DNA of 63,035 bases, the filler included. It is 5 parts of 5 records of this genome, joined end to end, with 100 filler letters (N's around TTAATTAATTAA, not from the genome) between each part and the next. Parts side by side here need not be neighbours in the genome. Positions count along the whole stretch, not along the records: positions 57,257 to 63,035 come from DRR723986_7018; 4 more parts are not named here. One strand, 5' to 3'. Below are positions 57,262-63,035 of this stretch, in pieces (position 1 is the stretch's first letter; each line of letters begins with the position of its first letter). The translations under genes and the position numbers were made by a program. A model generated the notes under the pieces. It was given only the letters and a program-made list of their open reading frames with translations, did no database searches and was not told the DNA's origin.

Positions 57262-57286
57262 GCTCACAGCCCTAAGGGCTGTGAGC
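57262..57286. repeat. Perfect 11-bp inverted repeat GCTCACAGCCC-TAA-GGGCTGTGAGC (REP-like)
   Basis: Read directly; sits at the contig edge. Confidence 0.75.
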
Positions 57287-57329
57287 TTGGAATCAACGGG
57301 TCTTTGAGAATTCAGCCTTCAGAATTTCA

Positions 57330-57665
57330 GTTTCACCGTGAGCAATTTCAGGTTTTTGGGCCTCAAATTCTGAGAATCTTGGGCTGCCAGTCTCGACTGC
57401 AATCGTCGGATTTGCGGCTGAAAGTCTCACCGGGTTTGCACAAACCGGCGGCTGGCAGGATCTCTGGATTCAGAGCTGTCTAGAGGCCTAAAGATTCAAG
57501 GCAGTTCGCGTGAAGTCACTCCGGATGTTGTTTAGTGGGCGGTATTGGGTGTTGAATGCCTGGAAATTGAGACGCTGAGTTTTCAACACTAGCTGTTAGC
57601 CACAAGCTAACAGCTCACCAGATTTTCAGTCTTTCAACCCGCCTTCCAACCCCAATTCACCGCTC
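57330..57665 (+). ncRNA. Candidate structured non-coding RNA: two long rod-like stems, one capped by a four-way junction
   Basis: Nested helices traced by hand with many G-U pairs on the + strand; no ORF of 60 aa or more. Confidence 0.5.
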
Positions 57666-57927
57666 CCCCCCCCAGCCAAATTCCCCCAAGTCTCCAACCA
57701 CCACGTGACCAATCCAGCGCTCAGTGCTTATACTCATCAGGCCTGCAACCTTTCTCAACGTCTATGGCCGCCAGTTTTTGCCAAAATCGTGAAACCTCGC
57801 AGCCAACAGCCGTGTTTGACTCTAATAATTGGCGCTCCCGCCGCACAATGTGTTGCGCCTGCCCACGTTGTCCAGAAGAGGCCGCAGTGATTCTTTTACT
57901 CAATTATTTGCAGACGCGGAGCCAAGC

Positions 57928-59670
57928 GTGACCGAACATCGCAAAACCGCCTTTCACATTCAACCATACATCCTCGGATCCCTGAGTGTAATCCTGCTCG
58001 CTTTTGCCGGCATCGCCAATGCGCATGCCGATGAAAGCCGAGATTCGCTCTACTACGAAGTCAACAAATCCCTGATGGTCTTCGGCGACCTCTTCCGTCA
58101 GGTAAACAGCAACTACGTTGATGACGTCGAAACCGAAGAAATGCTGCGGCATGGCCTCGACGGCATGCTCAACTACCTCGATCCCTATACCAACTACATC
58201 ACAAATGATGAAAGTGATCAGGTTGACATGCTGACAAAAGGTTTCTACGGCGGCCTGGGAGTCACAATCTCGGACGTTGATGGCGAAACTACCGTCGTGG
58301 ACCTGGCACAGGGATTTGCGGCCGACAAAGCGGGAATTCGCATCGGCGATAAGATTTACAAAATCGACTCCACCGTAGTTCTGAACGCCGATCACAAAGA
58401 GTTACGCCAGTACACGCGCGGCAAAGCCGGAAGTAAACTGACGGCCTGGATCATTCGCGAAGGCCGCCAGGACACGCTTCGCTTCGATCTCAAACGCCAA
58501 AAAATTACCATGCGCATGGTCTCACATGCGGGATTTGTGCGTGGCGAAGATGGATCGCCGCAGAGCAGCGACATCGCCTATATCAAGCTCGATCGTTTTG
58601 CGCGCGGTGCCAACAACCAGTTTCGCCGGGCCCTTGATGACCTCAAGCGCGAAAAACCGCTTAAAGGTTTGATCATCGACCTGCGTGGCAACCCCGGCGG
58701 TCTGCTTGACGCCGCCGTTTCAATCAGCGAAATATTTGTGCCTACCGGCAGCCCCGTCGTTTCTACACGCGGACGCTCGCCGCTGGCCGGCAAGGAATAC
58801 ATCGCCCGCGGAATTCCCAAAGCGCCCAACGTGCCCATCGTGGTGCTGATTAATAACGGCAGCGCCAGCGCCAGCGAAATTCTCGCAGCGGCTATCCAAG
58901 ACCTGGACCGTGGTGTCCTCGTCGGCGAACGGTCTTTTGGTAAAGGCCTCGTGCAGACCATTTCTTCATTGCCATTCGAAGCCACGCTCAAAATGACAAC
59001 CGCGCGTTACTACACGCCTTCCGGTCGTTGCATTCAGCGCATCAAGTACGAAGAACGCCGCGAGCATGCCGCCGATGATGAGTATTGGGATGAATCACAT
59101 GTGGACAGCAGCAAAGTTTTCTATACCTCAGGGCGTCGCCCGGTCTATGAAGCTAATGGCATTCATCCCGACGTAACTGTTAGTAGCACGCCCGTCTCCG
59201 ACTATGTTCAGAGCCTCCTTGACCAGAACATGCTCTTCCGCTTCGGTACCCGCTACAGCTCCAAGTTCGAAGACCTTCCCGAGGACTTCAAGATCGATAA
59301 ATCGGTACTGCAAGACTTTGGCAAATTCCTCGAAGACCAGGAGTTTGTCCACGATCAAAAAGTCGTTGACGCTCTCGAAACTCTGCAGCAACGCTTCGCT
59401 TCCAATCAAGATTTCAGCGCCTTTGCACCGCGTATGCAGACGCTCCGTCAGGATCTTACAGCCATGCGTGCCTCACTCCTCGAACGTCATGCCGACGAAG
59501 TCCTTCAGGAACTCGAACGCGAGATTGTGGCCCGTTTTATGCCGCGTTCCGAGCGAATTGCTTCTGGCCTCGATACTGACCGTCAGGTACAGACCGCAGT
59601 TGAAATCCTGCGCGATCAATCGCGCTACAGTAAAATTCTCAACCTGAGCGTTGCCGACGGGGATCAGTAA
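57928..59670 (+). CDS. S41 C-terminal processing protease (CtpA/Prc-like) with PDZ domain
   Basis: Signal peptide, LDPYT, GGLG, DLRGNPGG, SASASEI, GKGLVQ; GTG start after GGAG. Confidence 0.94.
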   Translation: MTEHRKTAFHIQPYILGSLSVILLAFAGIANAHADESRDSLYYEVNKSLMVFGDLFRQVNSNYVDDVETEEMLRHGLDGMLNYLDPYTNYITNDESDQVDMLTKGFYGGLGVTISDVDGETTVVDLAQGFAADKAGIRIGDKIYKIDSTVVLNADHKELRQYTRGKAGSKLTAWIIREGRQDTLRFDLKRQKITMRMVSHAGFVRGEDGSPQSSDIAYIKLDRFARGANNQFRRALDDLKREKPLKGLIIDLRGNPGGLLDAAVSISEIFVPTGSPVVSTRGRSPLAGKEYIARGIPKAPNVPIVVLINNGSASASEILAAAIQDLDRGVLVGERSFGKGLVQTISSLPFEATLKMTTARYYTPSGRCIQRIKYEERREHAADDEYWDESHVDSSKVFYTSGRRPVYEANGIHPDVTVSSTPVSDYVQSLLDQNMLFRFGTRYSSKFEDLPEDFKIDKSVLQDFGKFLEDQEFVHDQKVVDALETLQQRFASNQDFSAFAPRMQTLRQDLTAMRASLLERHADEVLQELEREIVARFMPRSERIASGLDTDRQVQTAVEILRDQSRYSKILNLSVADGDQ

Positions 59671-59676
59671 AGCTGC

Positions 59677-61056
59677 ATGCAATTTGAGCTGATGATGCTG
59701 GGTGGCGCCGAAGAAATTGGCGCCAACTCATGCTTCCTGAGTTTTAACGGTGTTGGCGTAATAGTCGACGCCGGGCTGCACCCCAAGCTGCGCGACGCCC
59801 GGGCTTTACCTGCCTACGGCGCAATTTCCGAGCGTAAAGTATCTGCAATTCTGATAACGCATGCGCACACCGATCACCTTGGCGCGCTGCCCTTTGCAAT
59901 GCATCACCAACCGCAGATGGCCGTGTTTATGACGCGTGCTACGCGCGACCTAAGCGAAATAATGCTGCGCAATTCCTCACGCCTCCTGCGCACCGAAGTC
60001 GCCGACGAATTTCCCAAAGAAGCGCTCGCCCTCTATAAACCCGAAATTGTTCGCAACCTGAGTGTCCTGATTCAGGGCATGCGTTTTGATGAAGAATTCA
60101 CACTTGCCGGCAAAACAGGCGAGGGTGGTGGCCACGATATCCGCGTTCGTTTTTGCCATGCCGGTCACATTCTGGGGGCCGCTGCAATCTCCTTTGAAGT
60201 CGCCGGTCGCCGGATTGTCTACAGCGGCGATGTCCACTTTCAGTCGCAGGAACTGGTTGCCGGTGCCAACCTGCCACGCGGTCATGCCGATGTGCTCGTA
60301 CTCGAATCTACTAACGGTGCCCAAACCGAACCTAACGATCCCCAGGCCGAAAAACGGCGCCTTGCGGAGATAATCAACACTGCCAGCAACAACAACGGCT
60401 CCGTCCTGATTCCCGCCTTTGCTTTGGGCAAAACCCAGGAAATGCTCAAGCGCCTGCACGAGATGATGCACGCCGGTATGATTCCCCGTCTGCCGATTTA
60501 TTCAGGCGGTCTTAGCAGCAAAATCAACATCGTCTATGATCGCCATTGTTACTCTGTGCCACGCGTTGACCCAGGTTTTGAGATGACGGATATCGAGCAT
60601 TATCCCATCGACTACAAATCGCTCATGAACGGTCCCTACTTTAAGCATCCTTCGATTGTTGTGGCCACCAGTGGAATGCTGAACCCCGGCACCACGGCCT
60701 ATAAACTGTCGCAGTCCTGGATGCAGAAACCCAATTACGCGATAGCCTTTGCGGGTTATCTGGACCCTGACTCTGCGGGATATGCGCTTGCCAACTCAGA
60801 GCCGGGCAAGGATTTTATGCTCGCCGGACATAAAACCAGACGCGTCTGCCGTGTGGAGCAGCTGCGTTTTTCGGCACATGCCAATCGCGAGGATTTGATC
60901 GATTACGTCTGGGATGTGCGTCCCAAACATCTCTTTCTGATGCATGGTGACGTGGAGGCCTGCGAATCGATGGGTGCCGCTGTCAAAGCGCGTCTGCCCG
61001 ACTGCCGTATTCGAATTCCGTCACTGACTCGCCCATATTCGCTCGATCTTTCGTAA
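59677..61056 (+). CDS. Metallo-beta-lactamase/beta-CASP ribonuclease
   Basis: THAHTDH, AGHILG, SGD, EST, FSAH, HGD. Confidence 0.92.
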   Translation: MQFELMMLGGAEEIGANSCFLSFNGVGVIVDAGLHPKLRDARALPAYGAISERKVSAILITHAHTDHLGALPFAMHHQPQMAVFMTRATRDLSEIMLRNSSRLLRTEVADEFPKEALALYKPEIVRNLSVLIQGMRFDEEFTLAGKTGEGGGHDIRVRFCHAGHILGAAAISFEVAGRRIVYSGDVHFQSQELVAGANLPRGHADVLVLESTNGAQTEPNDPQAEKRRLAEIINTASNNNGSVLIPAFALGKTQEMLKRLHEMMHAGMIPRLPIYSGGLSSKINIVYDRHCYSVPRVDPGFEMTDIEHYPIDYKSLMNGPYFKHPSIVVATSGMLNPGTTAYKLSQSWMQKPNYAIAFAGYLDPDSAGYALANSEPGKDFMLAGHKTRRVCRVEQLRFSAHANREDLIDYVWDVRPKHLFLMHGDVEACESMGAAVKARLPDCRIRIPSLTRPYSLDLS

Positions 61057-61143
61057 GTTTGGCATGGCACAACTCTCCGTGCCACTCGCAATGCCGGGAT
61101 TCATTTCTGTTTAACAGACCTCACGTTAACCTCCTTAACGCTT

Positions 61144-61884
61144 ATGAGCCGCGACACAAATTACCGCACAGTTTTATACGCCAACTACACCGAAGCCTGG
61201 GCCAAGTGGGACTCTCCGGACGATCTCTATGACTGGCTCGAACAGAGTTCCAAAGCACTTGCCAATGAATTTGTTCCGATGTTGCCGGCTGATAAAAACT
61301 GTAGTATCCTCGATGTAGGCTGCGGTTATGGTCCGCTGCTTTACGCACTTAAACAACGCGGTTACGAAAATTTCACCGGAATCGATGGTAGTGCCGTCCA
61401 GGTCGAACTGGCGCACAAAATTGGTCTGCCAAGTGTTAAACATGTTGACGCGCTCGAATTTATCAATTCGTCCAAACAGCACTACGACGTAATCTTCGGC
61501 GTTGATCTCATCGAACACTTCGATAGAAATGAATTGATCGAACTTCTGCAGGCCATGCGTAGTATTCTACGTCCTGGTGGTAAGTTAATTCTGCGTACAC
61601 CCAACGTTGATGCGCCCATGGGCAAAGTTCACTCCTTTGGCGATTTAACACATGAGCTTCACTTAAACAAACTCTCCGCTCTGGAGTTGTTTAAATGCCT
61701 GCATTTTAATGAAGTTGAGGTCTTACCGTCTCCAGTGCATGCTCATAGTCCTGGACGCGAGCTTTTGCGCTCTGTAATTTGGGGGCTTTTGCAGCCGGTT
61801 CTTAAGGCAATGGTATTCACCAGTGGTATCCGTCAACGCGATGTGATTTTAACTCCGAACATGGTCATTCGCGCCGGACGTTAA
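61144..61884 (+). CDS. Class I SAM-dependent methyltransferase
   Basis: ILDVGCGYG, LIEH, LRPGG..ILRTPN. Confidence 0.92.
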   Translation: MSRDTNYRTVLYANYTEAWAKWDSPDDLYDWLEQSSKALANEFVPMLPADKNCSILDVGCGYGPLLYALKQRGYENFTGIDGSAVQVELAHKIGLPSVKHVDALEFINSSKQHYDVIFGVDLIEHFDRNELIELLQAMRSILRPGGKLILRTPNVDAPMGKVHSFGDLTHELHLNKLSALELFKCLHFNEVEVLPSPVHAHSPGRELLRSVIWGLLQPVLKAMVFTSGIRQRDVILTPNMVIRAGR

Positions 61885-62418
61885 CTTCTTGTTTTACGGT
61901 TCTTGCACTCTCCAATGTTTTGTGCTTGCCAGTCTGGACTCACAGTATTTAGGCTTTTAACTTTTCCGATTCTGAACAAGAGCGCTCGCGCCCCCTGCAT
62001 TGGCATTTGGTGGCTAGCTTTTTTTCTTTTTGTTAGTTTGTGTTGCACTCACCACGAGACGTCGAAATAACTCAAGGGCATTGATTCAGGTGGCTTAAAA
62101 TAGAGTTGTTTGCGAACAGCAAAACTGGCATAAAACCTAAGTAATTCAGAGATCAACTGTGACTGGAAATCTAACCATGCTGCATACGCGCACCAGGCAC
62201 AAATAGCCGAAATTACCGCCAAATCAGCATTTTGCTCGTCTGTGCAGCTATGTGAATTGCGCATCTGAAATGTCAACCCGCCGCTTATCGTAGCTTTATC
62301 AACAAAGTAGCTGAACGTAAATTTGTCTCCATAGCGAACTGCTGACAGTTGATGTTTTAGAACAACTGTTAACACCGAGTAAAACACTTGGCAACATTCA
62401 TTTTGGAGGGTAAATCTC

Positions 62419-62805
62419 ATGCAAGAAACACAACACACCTGGACATTCGAGGAATTTGTAGAGGAGCAAACAACAGAAGTTATGGCGAAAATCCGGGAGT
62501 ACATGAATGAAAAATTGTCAGCCGGACAGCGGCAGACGGCAAAAGTTGCTTTGAGTGATATTAAAGGCAGACCGGCACGTGGAGTCCTGTTCTATCAGAC
62601 GAATGTGAATGTGATATATGGGGGAAGGGCACAAGGCCTCGTATTCGTTGAGAAGTTCGAATCCATGGAATATGGTGTGATTTTTCCCCAAGTCCGGAGT
62701 TATTTAAACGGACTGGATATATGCCTGGCTCAAAATTCGCAGGTTGTACTTGCAGACAGACGCGATGGTGAAATCTCGTGTTTTGTGCTTCATCCTGCCG
62801 GCTGA
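62419..62805 (+). CDS. Hypothetical protein (ORFan)
   Basis: GGAGG RBS, 128 aa, followed by a hairpin. Confidence 0.65.
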   Translation: MQETQHTWTFEEFVEEQTTEVMAKIREYMNEKLSAGQRQTAKVALSDIKGRPARGVLFYQTNVNVIYGGRAQGLVFVEKFESMEYGVIFPQVRSYLNGLDICLAQNSQVVLADRRDGEISCFVLHPAG

Positions 62806-62812
62806 TTAGCCC

Positions 62813-62850
62813 AACGCTCGGGCAGCGGCAAGTCTAGCTGCCGGGGCGTT
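62813..62850 (+). terminator. Hairpin after the ORFan, possible terminator
   Basis: AACGCTCGGGCAGC/GCTGCCGGGGCGTT stem; weak U tract. Confidence 0.4.
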
Positions 62851-63005
62851 CTGTGCTGCGGGTTAGCTTACTGGTAGGGCTTTGCAAATATCACAATTGT
62901 AAAGAGAGTGTAATACCAGCGCGCGAATCGGTGGCAGGTTGTCGGAGTCTCCATACTTCGATTCATAAGCACGATCTGCTACCAGTCAGCTCTACACTTT
63001 TTAGG

Positions 63006-63035
63006 CTAGGGCGTGTTAACACAAGTCAGCCTTCG
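63006..63035. mobile_element. Possible IS5-family/MITE terminus (CTAG GGCGTGTTAACAC) at the window end
   Basis: Resembles IS5-type ends with CTAG/TA target; no transposase or partner end visible. Confidence 0.25.

Noticed and set aside
57384-57458. tRNA interpretation of the cloverleaf
   Set aside because: No TTC T-loop, D-loop GG or CCA; arm lengths do not fit
62049-62504. 151-aa minus-strand ORF
   Set aside because: Overlaps the better-supported + strand ORF and has no recognisable motif
62809-62868. GCCCAAC...GTT after the ORFan, attC-like
   Set aside because: The paired AAC/GTT hairpin is too short, the right end does not fit GTTRRRY, and there is no integrase or second cassette

Overview
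The window is five unrelated contigs joined by 100-nt spacers (N runs around TTAATTAATTAA) at 7910-8009, 16542-16641, 28534-28633 and 57157-57256, so neighbourhood arguments hold only within a contig. Contig 1 (1-7909, Roseobacter-like) has a LysR gene, a six-gene minus-strand quaternary-amine catabolic cluster (GlxA-type AraC, CntA/YeaW-like Rieske oxygenase, choline sulfatase, two SDRs, carnitine-dehydrogenase-like protein) and the start of rplY. Contig 2 (8010-16541, Rhodobacteraceae) has a MORN-repeat protein, nadE and phenylacetate genes. Contig 3 (16642-28533, very GC-rich Rhodobacteraceae) has a 6-hydroxynicotinate reductase-like gene with UPF0280, a chemotaxis operon, a selD fusion and selU. 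Contig 4 (28634-57156, Hyphomonadaceae-like) is a core backbone (leuC/D/B, cysK, asd, mch, dapF, mtaB, ftsY, ispZ, ccmCDG) with many interleaved accessory genes. Contig 5 (57257-63035, lower GC, probably Bacteroidota/Chlorobi-like) has an S41 protease, a beta-CASP nuclease, a methyltransferase and an ORFan. The strongest unexplained signals are: a ~410-nt heavily base-paired non-coding region with + strand G-U bias at the start of contig 5; an rplY promoter/leader hairpin present in two contigs with compensatory base-pair changes; a candidate sRNA with two anti-Shine-Dalgarno loops downstream of lysE; a MarR protein fused to a histone-H1-like tail; three tandem Cys-motif lipoproteins; and the unusual betC/Rieske/SDR pathway. 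Taxonomy and product calls come from motif recognition by eye. No database search or folding program was run.
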